Source: Callorhinchus milii (taxonomy: Eukaryota). Taken from it: a stretch of 34,269 nt of DNA. The notes under the pieces were generated by a model that saw only the letters and a list, made by a program, of their open reading frames with translations, made no database searches and was not told the DNA's origin. Below, piece after piece: positions 11,701-26,019 of this stretch (its first letter is position 1; every line of letters starts with the position of its first letter). The stretch is from NCBI RefSeq assembly GCF_018977255.1, contig NW_024705566.1, forward strand, positions 1-34,269, given 5' to 3'. A program made the translations under genes and the position numbers.

Positions 11701-14700
11701 GTCCGGGTCCTGCAGGTAGAATTGTGATGAGCTTACACAAATATTAAGCCGGCTAGCATCGGCATGGCGCTATCCTGGTAACCTCGCCTTCACCGGGACT
11801 CCATCGGCCACATAGACAAGAGCGGTCGCGAGCGGTAGAATGGCGAGGGTCAAGAATAGCTCGGTGTGGTCCTCCTACCCTCAGTCATCGAACTCAGACC
11901 CGCTTTCACTCAGAACGAGGCAAGAGTCCGAATGCTAACTCTCAGATTGCCCTTTGAGGGATAATCCGGTTCGGTTAGTCGCTTGACGTTATTAGTGGGA
12001 TGTGATGACATAGGGATAGGGGAGAATTCGCGAAATAGGGTGCCTATAGGTACGGCAGAGGTTCCAGCGGCGACTAAGAGACTCTACAGGGGAAGCGATG
12101 CGCTAAACCCCCGACTTCAAATGTTCCCTAAAACCCTGGTCCGCCACGATGAAATGCTGGCTCGCGTATCCAACTGACACTTATCGCATGCAACTCAGGC
12201 CATCCACTATGTATCGATGTGATCACGGGGTCCAACGGGCGGCCAACTCAATACAACTAACGGTCAGGTGTTATCCGCTCTACCTCAGCCTAAATCTTGA
12301 TGGAACGCAACCTGGCAATTTAGTAAGTCGGATGGGGAGTCCAAAACGAGCCCTACCCGGTGGTATTGTGACAGAGAGTATTGGTTTCGGGGTTCTCCTC
12401 GAAGTGTCGCACGGACGAGCAGAAGTGCCGTACTAATCTCCGCGGAGGGCCAGCGCAGTGTCTCACCTCCAGCCAGGGGGACAGTAATTTCTTAGAGAAC
12501 ACGGTCTCCCCTGGATGCCCTTCTCACTGTCCAACTGTATAATTCCTCCCTACGGAAGGGGTCTGGAGGCTGTTTACGAAATTTCACAGGCCCGCCCGGC
12601 TGAGAAGGTCGAATCGTTCTCCCCTCGACAAGTAGAGCGGTAGATAGGTTGTGTGGCCAATCGGGAGAGGCTCAGAAATCCCTCCACTTCTTCCAAGGTG
12701 TAGGGTTCATCCCATGGACTGTGAGTTTAGTCAGGAATGCGTTCTGTCGGGAATGACAGGGAGACCATAAAGTTTCGCGCGGCGTCCAATGTCGGGCGAC
12801 ACGAAACGCCTCAACGGCGCTCTGAGCCAGAACGCGCAAGGATTGGAGGCAGGGCACTGCGTGACTATGGCATGTTTCGGGACCTCATGGTAACAGGCCG
12901 TGGTGTGTGTGAATATGGTCACGAAGATGTACGAAAGAGTGAAATCCAAATTACACGGAGGCTCCGTCTACACTGCAGTGGAGCAGGACCGGAATTCCCT
13001 TTCGACATGGTGAGGATGACGGCGTTTCCCACGATGGTTGGATAACAATAGCTAAGAAGAGGTGGGCCTTCATCCCCTGTCGTGTACGTTGGTCAGGTGC
13101 TTTATTCCAATGTCAGCCCCGACAGGCGGTGAAGCACTGTACGCCGCATCATGCATGGATGACCGATTAGCGTAAAAGATAGATGCCAGTAGTAATATCC
13201 ATAGTTATGCCCGTCTAATCTGCGCCTAATTGCTGCACGATCTCGGATCAGGCAAGGTCAGGGTTAAGGAATGATCTGCGGGAAGCTGCTCTTGACCTCC
13301 CGAAGTCGCAACAAGCGAATTTCAACTTTTACGCTATTGATGTTAGGGGGTGTTAGTGAACATCACGCAGAACGATATCAGCAGACTATCTAGCATCATT
13401 GCTATGCGGGTAATTGGATCCTGGAGGAAACCTCCTTCTGGAGAATTAATGAAGCGGAATTACCATGATATAGGTTCAAAATCGGGAACGCAGTGATTAT
13501 AATCTAGGGTCGTCGACCTCGCCAGCATGTGCGCTTACTAGGCGATACCTCAACGCGTGGAGGAATCCGGTCCGAAATCGTGGGCTACGGCTCGTTTACT
13601 TGTTTGGGGCACCCCCAAGCGTAGCTATAACAAGCCGCCTAGTATGCAGTAACCATCTCCGGCGTCCAAAAGGACCCCGATAGCACCCGTGGAGAAGCTC
13701 ATACACAAAAACCGTAGGCGAAGCATGGGAGTGGGATACAGGGTCAAAAGGCCGGCTGTCTTATTGGATCTGCAAGTGGCACAGGGTATTAGTTGAAACT
13801 AGTTGTTCACCTATGATCATCGTGTGGTCCGTCACGACACCAGTAATATGGCGACACAAGAGGCCCTCTCTGCTCTGACAATTCTCTTTAGAATGGGGCT
13901 AGCGTGCTGGGACCTCCCTGCTTTTCGGGACTGTTTTTTTGGGAGAGATGTGGTTCGCCTTTAGCCACTTAGCGATTAAGGAACAACGACGTTGAGGGAT
14001 TGGGTTACCCGATGCTAGGGTTCCTTAAATAGGGGTATCGGGGGTCCCTCTCCTCCGTGTCAATCTCGATAGCCCTTTCACTTCGTGTGAGGGGCCTGCT
14101 CGCGTGATATACCACGGACCCAAGGGTATCGCAGACATAAAATACCTAAGTCAATTCCGCGTGTCGATCTACCTTAAAAACTCCTAAAGCTAACTTGCCG
14201 GGCAGAGCTAAACCATCTCAATATTCTTGACAAGGTCATCCACAGGACTCCTACTGCCCGGCGGAGTTCCGAATGCCGGACTTTAGGCTTAGTAATGTTT
14301 AGGTTTCCATACCGGTTGCTCACTACTGTGTATTCTTCCACTCACTTGGAACTCGCGTACGCCGCCACCGATCGCAAGATACTCGGCAGCGTTTCTGCTG
14401 TCTGCAATACCAAGGCTACATCGACTCACCTCGGCGTGGACCACCGTCATATACCGTCTTACCGGTAGCTCAAACCAAACGACCTAAAGCCAGCTGATAA
14501 GTGACTGCGGTTTTGCCAGCAGGTTTTGGCTATAACGTAGTGCGAGGGCGTAAGAGCCTGAACGGTCTCATCTCAGGGCAACCGCATGGTTGTTCATGAG
14601 TGATAAGTTTTAATACCCCTCAGAATCGCGCGTTAGGCCCATTTCCCGCCATTAGCGTGATGCGAACACAGGAGGCACTTCCACTCTCCAAGTTCCGATC

Positions 14701-17700
14701 CATAGATTTTTAATACGCTCTAGTTACGTATCAAAAATACATCTTTTAACCTTCTCTGAAGGCTGTTCGAATGCCCACACCCAGCTTAAAAGAATATTGT
14801 CGTCCGACTATCTCAGGAATTATTTATTGCCCGGACGTGGAGAAGTCGGGCCGTGATCCTTCGGGGCGAGGGCGCGACGTTCCGGTTTCGAGCGTTCTCG
14901 ACCGGACTAACAAGTAAACAAGACGCATGGACTAATCCATTGGAAATACAGGTTCGTTTATTGCGAGCAGCTATCCGCCCACAGGGACAGATTGTCTATA
15001 GACCGTCTCTAACACGAAATTGTGTGCTGGGGGCGGGGTGCACCAGTGCCACGACGCTCTCACACTTCCATTTAGAAGACATTCGAAAGTCTCTTGACGG
15101 ACTCTCACGTACAGCTCAGAGACTCACGGGGCGTACAAGGGGCGATTCTTGACGCGCTCCTGGAGCGTTCGGACCGGCCATGAATCTACAAAATAACTGA
15201 GGACGTTGTTAGGAGTAGCTGCGAGCCACCGCGTGGAGCTCATGCTCCTCTACGCGTGAGTGATCGGGCGGACCTGATTCAGGTGATGGATGTCACCATA
15301 ACCGGTTCTGCCGACGGTGGTACGTATAAATGTCGCTGTCCAAGCTGACCCACATTCACTCAGCAGCTCAAACAGTGTAAGTGACTTTCCCGTGCCCGTT
15401 TCCCTAATCAGAGACGCGTCTTACCGCCTCTGTTACGGCCGTGATCAGATCCATATGCGCCGCCAACTTAGAGCTGTGGCGATTTTTGGCGGTTACAACC
15501 CCCGCACCGAGTGCTGCTCGGTAAGCTAGGGCGGGGTTTTTGACCTTAAGCAGTCTCCCCATGGCAATTCTGAGACCGACAGCTAGTCACGGTACTTACA
15601 TACTCGAGGGAGGTTCCGTGAGCGGCGTCTACGACGCGCGGCATCCACCCGTCGACTGTCGGCTAATTCGTCACACGGAGATCGATGTCCATGGTCAATA
15701 TTAGATGGGGGTACCCTCCGTGTACAAGTCGATGGCGTAGGAACTACACCACATGCCGCGAGTCATAAATTTCTCAGTACAAGGCAATTTAGGAGTAAAA
15801 AAGCGAAAGAACCGGGACACAAGGGTCACCGCGGGGTAGGCCGGGTGGCGCAGGGCTCAGGGGAATATACCGGATAACTGAGGCTGTACTATGATTCGAG
15901 GCACCCACGCAGCGTTTTTGAGCTAAAGCAGTAAATACTGGTGCAATTCTACTCCAAGAGCGTAATTTGTTGTTTCGTGACTAAATCCCTGACGGAGCAA
16001 TCCACAGCCACTGGTTTTACTTTAGTACGCATAGGAATATGGGGACCTTGAGAACAAAACGCCGTGTATTGAGAGGCTCCGAGACTAAAAGGACCGAAGC
16101 CAACCAACTTCGGGCGAGATTCTCACCGTCGCCGAAGAGCGAGCAACGGTCTTAACGCTCACCATATCCCTGGGCGGGACCTCGCTTAGCTGCTTCTATC
16201 ATCCAACCCGCCTCAAATCACGCGTGATGTTGGGAATCCCAGCAAAAGCTATTCTTCGTATAGCAGGATTGACCAGGTATTTCATCCGTACGATAGCAAC
16301 TATCGTCTCCATAGACGATTCATGTGTGTGGGAACGAGGTGTCTCGAACTACATTAACGCGCTAGAATGGCATACCATTTACAACCTACAAAGATTGTAA
16401 CCTCCAGCGTGTTCTGCTCGCAATATGAAACGTTTTGATCTTCTGCGAGAACAACAATGACACCGACGAGTTGTGTCTGTTAGGATGGTCCGCATATACG
16501 CGTGTTGTAGAATCTTGGGATTCGACAGATCACGCTGTAAAAAAAATGACGGCAAAAGCCCGCCGTGCAAATCGTTGAAGTCCGACGGGAACGCAAGCTG
16601 TATGGAATCTGCCGATAGAGCACCTATCCCCATCTTCCGCAAAGGACGGCTTCGCTGTCGTTTTTCGCCCGTCAAGATTCACAGTGGGCAAAGTAGGGGA
16701 TAGCGTCCGCAGTGTCTCAGCACGTCTTAAATCGGAATATTGCGCCGGAGAAAGGATGATGGCCGCTCTAAATCGGATCAAACCTACAGAATCGTGAGTT
16801 TGTAACAATTATGGAGTAACACTGTATTAGTTGAGAATCGGGCGCTTTCAAGGATAGCGGCAATGTTCGAGGAGCGAACCCCCTTACCAGTGCTGACGTG
16901 ACAGGAAGCTGGTTCCAGCACATCTTCATCACACTGAACTAGCGGGTTCCTGCCAGGTTCAGAACTGGAGTTGACTCGACTGCAATCTAAGCACCTGTAA
17001 CGTGCAAGAGGCTGTGGGACGCCTAAGAGTTAAACAATCAATATGGAAGCTTGTTGTGGTTTGAGAAGGGAGCTTGAACTCATGCTGCCGGCTCTTTCTT
17101 GCACTGAAATGACGTTAGTTTCTGTGGTTACAACACTATCTGAATATAAGTCAGCACGTAGTGCTCTCACATAACTTATTTAGTCGAGCATTCCACCTAA
17201 AGTTGCTACTTTAAGCTTACAATTTCCGTACCAAGTCTAGTGAAGGTTGAGTATACCCCTATTACCGGACGCCAGGTAGAAGAGGGTATTAGACTGCTAG
17301 TATGAAATACCCTACATGCGCTGGTCAGGATGGAACTTTACTCGTAGGTAAAGAGTACTACCCGTGCCGGCCTCGATTGACTAATAAAGGTCTGAGGACA
17401 GGAGATCTGCCTATTAGTAACTCGGAGAGTCAGCCTGGTCATTTCACGAGCTGCAAGCGATAATTCCAAGACCCCTATGATGCGTAACCAGTGCATGATT
17501 TCTGACTGGAACTATTAGACAGTTCTCCTTTGAGAGCGGTGGTTATTATTAAGGTTGACTACGTTGCTGCGAGAGCGTAGTGTCGGCGCTAGACCAGCGT
17601 CTGATAAGCTTAGATCTGTGTGAGAGGTTCAGAAATACCCGTTTTCCAAAAGATCCCTGCGCCTTTGTGCCCCTTGTCGTGAACCAGCGTATTATGCAGC

Positions 17701-20700
17701 CCGAATTCTGTGGGACTCTCTGCGCCAGATGGGGTTGATATTCTGCGTTCCGTGGGCGCCAACCGAAAAGTATATTTGCATCTTTATAACCCTATCGCCT
17801 ATGGGCGGGTATTTGAAGTACACTCATCACTGGTTGGAGCGTTGATAAGGGGATCGATTTTGAATACGATACGACATAGCAGGGTTGCGCCCACAGCCAT
17901 TAGACTTTCTACCCTAACAACTTGTACTGTGCCCCTTCGTCGAAAGGCAGGGTGGTCTTGTTGGCTCGAGCACAAAGCACTCACGGGCTGGCGCGGCACA
18001 GCGTAAGCAAGGATGACCGGCACGTGTTAAGTTGCGGTACTGGTGTCCAGCGTGGCTAGTGCACGACACGGGCACGTGCGGACACCGCCGCCCAGTGTTC
18101 GGGGATGCAAGCAAAGATGGACATATCGTGATGAGTTCTCACATAAAGATCCGAGTGCGTTAGGTCAGGCTGTAATTCAAAGACAAAGATGTACGGGAGA
18201 GCTTATTATCAGTAAGACTCCAAGTAACGGCTATTGAGCGAGGAGGGCGATCGAAGCGGCCGAGACGTCGACAATCTAAAGCAGTCTTCTTTCCCAATTA
18301 GAATAGAGCTGGGTCGAAGTAGATTTTTGAATAGAGTCTGACGGACTTGGAGCATCAATGCAAGCCTCGACTTGATCGCCAGTCGATTTATAATGTCCAG
18401 AGTCATTGTACGTAGTGAACTAGGAACAAGTGAGTGCTCGTTTCTTGGCTGATCTCGCCCGAGTACCAGGGCACACCCAATTAGGTGTTACTGAGTAACC
18501 GCGCATTACTGAGGAACGTACAACTATATCATAAAACTTAACCAACTATGACTACTTTGTGGGTGTCTTAGAGGGGATCAGAAGGAGTGGTCTACGAGAG
18601 ACTGGATTGATTCACCTCTAACTACGACGTGTCCAATTATGGTAGGCGAGCAGAAACCCGAGATCATCTAAGGGAACTAGGTGCGTGTTAATCAGGAAAT
18701 TCTCTTCGTCTGGACGGTCAGGTTTAATGCCTCGAGAAGGTGACTTGCATAGGCGGAAGAGTTAAATACCGTGGTCCACGTCATAGGAGTAGCGGTATCG
18801 AGGTCTACTGATAAAAGTGAGACGAATTCTAGCCAAGTCTCAATCATGACTTGATAACTTGGCTATCATGACCATAATACCCAAAGTCAGCCTGGCCGGG
18901 CATCCAAGTGATCCGATTCGATGGATTTGGGACTATATGTCTATCCACACTACCGCGTACACCTGTTGGTACAAAACAGCTCTATAAGATGAGCACTCTA
19001 ACAGCACATTAGAATCCAGTGTCTGGAAGACTTAGGCGAAATCAACCACCCGCGACCACGTGCACAGTATCCGAGTCCTCGATGGGGAATTCGGTCACGG
19101 TCCCAAATTGCCGTCTTCGACACTAGTCACATAAAGCATCCTTTCTCACATTATGAGGAGGCAATAGATCGGACGAAAGCTAATGCAAATTACCTACTAA
19201 ACGGTTGCGTTGGCGTCCTGGATTTGATTTGCCGAGGAACGCTGCTCAGGACAGACTTTTTGTCTTCAGTTGAAATGGGGTGCCATCCCGGCATTTCATC
19301 ATGGAGCTAAGGAAGGTCATCACATCTATTTTAAACCCTCTAGTGCTAAGCATGGTATTTTAATTTAGGGGCCTAATAGCTTAATGCGATCGCACATACA
19401 GTTTATAAATGCTATCAATACCCGAAGCGGCCTGCTTATGCAACCTCCGCTCAAAGATAGGTATCAACCTGCTAACGACTGGGCCGCCTATCTTGCTATT
19501 AAATCACCACTTACGCTTATTAGCTTGAGGTGTCATTTGCACAATCAACCGGATGTTCTCACAAACTGGCGTGATTGTCTCAGGTAACCTTTAATAATAC
19601 CCGGGAGAGGGAACTGAGTCGCAGTCCTAGTTCTGCTCGAATTCAAACGCCGTCCATCGGCTCAACACCAAAAATCAAGAATGGGGATTCTTATCCCCTT
19701 GCGATTTCATATGGGCCCCGAATGCATTCATGCCTCGGGACTGCAATTCAACGAAGTGCTATGGACCCGACGCTCTCCCGTACCTGAACTAGAATACTGT
19801 AGGCTTAAGTTCAAGAGTCGCTCGTGACGAAACCTCTTGCTTAACCTACATCGCTTACAGAGGAATAAGTACCCAAGGCTTCTAGGAACTCGATCGACAT
19901 CTAATTCATGTGAAGCTAGATCAGGCAGGGCGAGTCTCCCGGAGCTTCAGGCACAAATCACTGATGCATGTTCACGGTATACATCTAGCAGCTATTACTA
20001 CGGGCGTGGTGAGATTAAAGGAGTTAGCTCCACAGCATGGGGTGATGGGTGGTCCTTAACGCCAAAAATGGTCCGGTCATTCATGACGCTGCTTATCCTC
20101 TACGGTTAAGGCTAACGCTTCTTCGTGGACCTAAGCCCGCACTTTCTAGAATGTGCCGTTTTTTCCGCTTGAGATCTAAACTCCGGGTATACAATCTAGG
20201 AGGTGAGCCTAGTCCACTACTCAGAGTCATACTTAATGGCTGATTTGTTTAGATGCGGCGTAGTTCATCACTAACGCCTACATGAACTAACCCGTGGGGG
20301 CGTTGAGTCGCATACGTAGAAGGGTTCGGACGCGCATCTGGATAAGTCTCCAGTACCGGTGGATCCAAGTCCACACAGCTCTATATTAGGGACGCGTTAC
20401 GCGCTTAGTTCTTCGGTACTCTCGCGGCCGCTATCCAGCATAGCATCCCATTGTAGTTGTCCTCAGGTTACTCTTGGAATAGTTGCCCCCACATTGGCGA
20501 TAGTAAATCGTCTGCGCCACGTCCCCTCATGAAGTCATGGATTCGTGGACGGACAAAATACACCCTATCGTCAAGGGGCGGTAAGCTGGAGCACTATTTA
20601 CAACGTCTAATCGCCCGAAATTTCTACGCATGGCATCTTATTTTACGCTCCGCTCACCTTAACCTAGTGACGACGGCCGCAGTACTTTTATCCTCGCCCA

Positions 20701-23600
20701 GTGTGAGCTATTATCTTTCCGGGTAGATCCATCCCTCCAGGGCACGCCGGAGCCCTCGAGGGTATAATGGAGCTACTGTCATCACCCTTGTACAATCACT
20801 GGAGGTTCTTACAGAGTACGCTTGAAGCGTTAGAGCTCTTAGGCTGCGAGTAAACAGTCTGGGTCTGTGTCTTATAATGGTCACGCACACTTCCGTATCT
20901 CGTGAGCACTGCCGCCCTGGCGTATTAACCGCAAGCATGCGTATGGACCAGCGAACTTGCCCGCCAATGCCCCAGAAAGACAGATAACGCAATGTTTTCG
21001 CTCCACTCACGATTTAGTGAGACTTCTATTTTATTGTGCAATACGGTGATCGATCGCGTCGCTCTCTAGTTGAGTACCTTTCTACTCCGCCAAGATCCAA
21101 GTTCTGTAGTTGCATTTACATAGGATTCAAAGGCACGACCACATGAGTCTATCTCCACACGAACACGTTTTAGGCACTACTACTCAAAGCTATACCACGT
21201 CGTTAGATTAACACAGCACGCGTTACGACTTGTTGAGTGGGTGTTGCTCTTCTACGAAGGAAATCCCGTTATCCGTGTATAAACTCCTTAGCGAACCACC
21301 CGATTTGCTGTAGTTTTAGGACGACACAGTCCTTAAAAAGTGCGCTCCATGCAAAATCGAGTGCTATTTGTGTCCTGGAACTGGCCACCTTATTGCATAT
21401 GCGTCCATAAGCGGACCTTGGAGGGTGGTACATTAACGTCCTATGTATGGTCGCTATGTGGCATTATGCGGACCATAACGTGCGTCGATCGCCTCTGAGA
21501 ATACGTTAAATATAGCGGCAAATCTCTAGCAACTAGGATGTCATTAAAGCCCGGTATGCAGCGTCAAGACGAGTCCTAGCTAGCCTGGTTAGTTTCTATC
21601 AATTTGCATTACAAGGGGACGTCGGGCTCTTCGTAAATTAGAGTCACGTGCCCTAGTTTTGTGCGACGGATGCCATATGATCGAGTCGGAGAACAAAAGG
21701 CGTAGCTACTGAACCCGTTTGGATTCCATAGGGGGGCACCCCCGCTCTAGTTGTCTCTAATGCAAAACTTAGAACGTGTAGGTGTTGCCTACATGTGGAT
21801 ATCCTTGATTGATCTTCGGCAAGCAATGCACAGGAATTAGAGACCGACTTTTTATTAGCTAAACCATTGCAAAATAAACATATCAGGATAAAAGCACCTC
21901 GCCGGATGCGTGTCAGTCAATACCTGCAGATTTCGGCTGGAGGCAGACACACGGTGGGTCTGCATAGTAGGAACGTACCGAGGTCTGACTCGTAGAAGTC
22001 TACGATAAGCATTAGCACGAGCATTCCCGTAAACGAGCTCCCGTCTACTAGTCGATATAGATGCACCGCACTCGAGAAGGTTCCCAGAACGGGTCTGTCT
22101 TAAAGTTTCGTGTCCCGACGACGGCCATATGGCACAGTAGTTGTAAAACATGCCCCTTGCAGCTGGACGCTGTCCAACGCCTTCTGCCTTCGATTCTGTC
22201 ATGCTTTCCCGGGCTACCTAAGGAACATGGAGCCCGGCGTGGGTGACTCCTTAACTGCCCCCTGCTAGGCAAAACAGGGGTCTGGTAGTGAAAAGAGTAG
22301 GGAAGACCGACCTCGGCCGTGTATGGTTAGAAAGAAGGCAGCGGGATAAGGCACCCGCTACTCGACTGTGTACATTCGAAACCACCTTTTGGGCCAAACG
22401 TGAACTGGTTAAGTTGCTCCCTTGTCGAGACACTAGTGAATAAGGAAAGAGGGTAAGTTGTAGTATTAAGCGAGGGTACACAAGGAGGGGAGGGGATCGA
22501 GATAATAAGATATGGTTAAAGAAATCAAAGAGCGCGTAAAGGTTATACTACTCCATTACCGTCTACGGTCGCTAGCACTGAGCCAAGCTTGTGTGTAACC
22601 TCTTCAAGTGAAAAAAAAGACGTCTCACTAATGGGAAAGACTCTATAGCAGCATTTCGAATAATGTGGGGGGAATCCTAAGAGGATCGCGTTGTCCCACC
22701 TACACGCAGTCCTGTGTCTATCCACTTTGAGGGCGTCTCGCAGGTTATGGACTCATGCGAACGGAGAGAAGGTGACCAGGATGCCCTCCTAGAGGGGATG
22801 TGGTATAACACATACATGGGTGTCGACGCGTGTGTTGGTAATAATTCTGAAGCTTGGACTCCAGGAATTATTAGCCGAGTGACCGTGCAGCTTAGCCACT
22901 GCATGCTAATAGCTAAATGTTTTAGGCGTTATCCGTCGGAAAACTCGCCGGCCCCAGCCGAAGTGAGTGAGGGGAGAGGTAGGCACTTGAGCTCCGTAGG
23001 GGCAGGATTTTAGCGGTCTCACTACACACACCGAACGGCCGCCTCTGATGATAAGGGAATACTCTGGCACCCTCGGTTGCCGTTGCTACACGCACTTGCA
23101 GGCAGAGGAGTCCCCTAACGCTGAGGAGACGCGCACCAGGTGGGGTATGGGCAACTACCCTTTGAGCGCCAAAGCGTGGCCAGACCGTCATGCTATTACC
23201 CGTGTCTCGCGCCATAATGTAAAGAGAGTGTCGACCATGACGAGCCATTGCTGTCAGGGGCTATCACAGATACTACGGGTATGCTGTAGGGAGTCCGCTT
23301 TACCGCTAGAGACGGTGGGATGTGTTTCCGGACGAGAAAATAATGATCAGTCTTTAATCGAGGGTGTTTATCCTTGCAACGTCAAGTTAATATGTAAGGC
23401 ATAAGGGCATGGCGTTATAGTAGCTGACTGCGTCTGACCTGCCGTGATGCCCCAGACATTCGGATACGAGGATTTCGAGTGAACCACATCTACCTCCGGC
23501 GGTCGCCCCATGCTTTGTGCGTACTGAGACTACGTCCGAAGTCCCTCACATTCTCTGATGTTGCGGAAAGTTGAAGCCATGGTTAGCCTTTATGTGTTGC
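8782..23600. other. Featureless random-like block, probably non-biological filler; right boundary approximate
   Basis: Starts exactly after the N run. Roughly even base use, plentiful CpG/TpA/CTAG, longest ORF 115 aa, none of the repeat families, microsatellites or AT-rich tracts seen in both flanks. Confidence 0.8.
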
Positions 23601-23639
23601 AAGGGGTTAAATGAAATTAAAATTTATAAAAAAAATAAT

Positions 23640-23732
23640 TTTATTATTTTAATTAATTTTTTTACCTACGTGACTTTACCGAAAAAACTAAGAGTATGAA
23701 TCATTGCAGTCACGAAAGCTTCAAATCTAGAA
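23640..23732 (+). mobile_element. Penelope-like 3' terminus (family B)
   Basis: TTTTACCTACGTGACTTTACCGAAAAAACTAAGAGTATGAATCATTGCAGTCACGAAAGCTTCAAATCTAGAA matches copies at 28360, 30739 and 31359 (inverted), and a fragment at ~25800-25835. Confidence 0.7.
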
Positions 23733-23889
23733 CATATAATAGAGTTAACCTAAAAAAAACCTGTATTATGGACAGTTATTTATATTTCTGTTGACACTCG
23801 ATTACTGAAGTCATTAAATACATTTTGCTAAAAAGAGCGTGTTGGGTGAATTTAAGTTGAGTCCATTGTTATGTTTGAGTGTAGAGCGT

Positions 23890-24095
23890 AAGCGAGTGGT
23901 TGGCGCACTGCGCTCAAACGCAGCTCCATGAGTTCAGTTCCCAACCGTGGCTAAATAATAGTGGCGAGTGGAATCTGAACCAGTCCTGGGCCCTAACTTC
24001 ACAACTGCCACCGATTGGCATGGTAAAGTATGGTCAAACAACCTCCTTGACCGACACGGTGTAGGAAGGTCTTCATCCATCAGTGGATTGACAAA
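23890..24095 (+). mobile_element. tRNA-derived SINE with RTE-like tail
   Basis: Degenerate A/B boxes (GAGTGGTTGGCGCAC...GAGTTCAGTTCCC), body shared with 1890-2060 and 29040-29200, tail CTTCATCCATCAGTGGATTGACAA. Confidence 0.55.
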
Positions 24096-24350
24096 GAGAT
24101 TGAATTTATTATCGCACGAATACATTGTTGCGTAAAAAGTACTTTTATTTGAGAAATGTTAAACTGTTAGCAAATAGTGAACTTGTCCTACACCTGCACT
24201 GTTGTCAACCCATTGCTGGATGAGGATCTCCCTACACCATACGGTTATTCAAGCATACTTCATGCGACACAGGTTGGCGAAAGTGGTCACCATCGCCGTG
24301 GGTGACTTTAAAGTATAGGGCCAGAAAATTATCACTGCACTCTGGCCACC

Positions 24351-24670
24351 ATGGCAGTCCCTGACTTACGAATGCCCGACTTATGGACATCCGCACTTAA
24401 GAACGAGCTTCCATAAGATATTTATGTTTAATCATCCGGCTTGCAAACGTGACCTCACACTTGCGAACCGAACCGCGGAAATATTTGTTCGGCAAACGTA
24501 CAAATGTATAGTGTCTTCTTATTTATGAGTTAAAAATTGCTTCCTTTTTGTTGAACCTTAAGACATTTTTGTAACGCTGACCGCATGTGCATTTAAATAC
24601 AGTACATTATTGTTTACCGACTCATGAACCGTTCGACTTCCGAATGGGTTTCAGTCAGGGGCTGCCCGTA
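24351..24670. mobile_element. Tigger/pogo-like non-autonomous DNA transposon
   Basis: Inverted ends GGCAGTCCCTGACT / AGTCAGGGGCTGCC, reiterated GACTTACGAA-like subterminal motifs, TA at the right end. Confidence 0.55.
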
Positions 24671-24853
24671 ATAACAAACAGCCTGGCGTGAACGGTAACA
24701 CAGGAATAGCTTTCTCTTTATTGTCCTACAGAAAATCAATAAAGGTACGCACAAAAAACATTTTATCTGCGGTAACCCCCCTCCCGTTCATTGCCAGGTC
24801 TCAAAGCTGCTGCCCGGCGTTTGCCGTTTCCGCACCGATCCACGCTCGACACC

Positions 24854-24955
24854 ATGGGAGACGAGATGGGGGTTGAGCGCCAGCACGACCTGGAGGCTGC
24901 CATGGACACCGAACTGCGTGCACTCGTGCAGGTGTCTCCGCCGCAGGAGAGAGAG
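24854..24955 (+). CDS. UGP2: UDP-glucose pyrophosphorylase-like, first recognisable coding exon (may extend upstream to an acceptor at 24797)
   Basis: ACCATGG Kozak context. MGDEMGVERQHDLEAAMDTELRALVQVSPPQERE aligns loosely to the UGP2 N-terminal helix (RQELELSVKKELEKILTTASSHEFE). Phase-0 donor GTGAGG at 24956. Confidence 0.7.
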
Positions 24956-26019
24956 GTGAGGGACGGTGCCGGCCAGCTCGGGACCTGCTCCCCAAAGCTC
25001 GCACATGCCGTCTGCATTTATAGACAACATCTGCTGTCTGCAGCCATGTGTATACTTTTTTATTCCACCCCCCCACCTTCCCCAAAGTTTATTCACAATT
25101 GTGCTCTGGCATCACGTCCTGAGACGAGGGATCTGATCAGAATTTCCGTGCTCGAGATTGGTCCACGAAAGCAGATGTCAAAGAGCTACCTCTGAGGTCC
25201 CTTCCAAGTTACCTATGGCCCACACAGTAGAGGGAGCAGCACTTGCCCACTCGTGCTCTCGAGCGAGCGATGTGTGTCACGTGTTGCCCCCAATCCATCA
25301 AATGGAATTCCCCCCCCTCTGGCTCCTTGGCTACGAGCTTCCATCTCCTCTTTCTGCTGCCATCTTTTTTTACGCTAATTTCAACTGCACCTTACCATAA
25401 ACATATACTGTATGTATATGTATACCTCCTTTTCAGAAATGACAATAAAGCACACGCCGACTTATTCTAGATGAAGTCTTGGATGTGCTCGCATTTAGAT
25501 GCTATATCGTTCCAAATTGTATCGTGTTGTATTGATGTAAGTACAGTAAATAATTATACCTCATTGCATTCCAAATAAGAAAGTACTAAGAATGCTTAAT
25601 ATTCTCAGATTGTGACTATCGTTTATTTGCTCGTGAAAAGATTAATTGTTTAAACATTTTCAAATAATAATTGTACACAAAGCTTCAGTCGCGACACCCA
25701 CTGCTCTTCCATTTTTTGACAGGCAGCACATGTCCTTTTCACATATTGTTTATAACTAATATCACAAGCTAGTCAACATCAGTACATGTTCAGATTACTC
25801 TTCGGTTCTTTCGGTAAAGTCATGTAGAAAGAAAAATAATTTTATTAATAGTATACGACTTTTAGCATGCAACACAAGCAAACATCATCAAGTACAAATG
25901 AAAGAGAAAAAAACCTAGTAAACTTAGAAATATAATGCAATACAACACAGTGAGTCGGCTAACATAACAGTCAACACCCTACCTGGTTGATTACGTTCTT
26001 CCAAAGATTGCTAAATTTG

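Noticed and set aside
10052..14490. 14-mer AAACGACCTAAAGC at 10052-10065 and 14477-14490
   Set aside because: About 1e8 position pairs against 4^14 (2.7e8) makes one such match expected by chance, and the flanks do not extend.
8782..23600. Endogenous virus, horizontally transferred island, CRISPR array or encoded message
   Set aside because: No long ORFs, protein motifs, regularly spaced repeats or terminal repeats seen. Homopolymers up to A8 occur, unlike constrained storage codes. The 60-115 aa ORFs are what random sequence yields.
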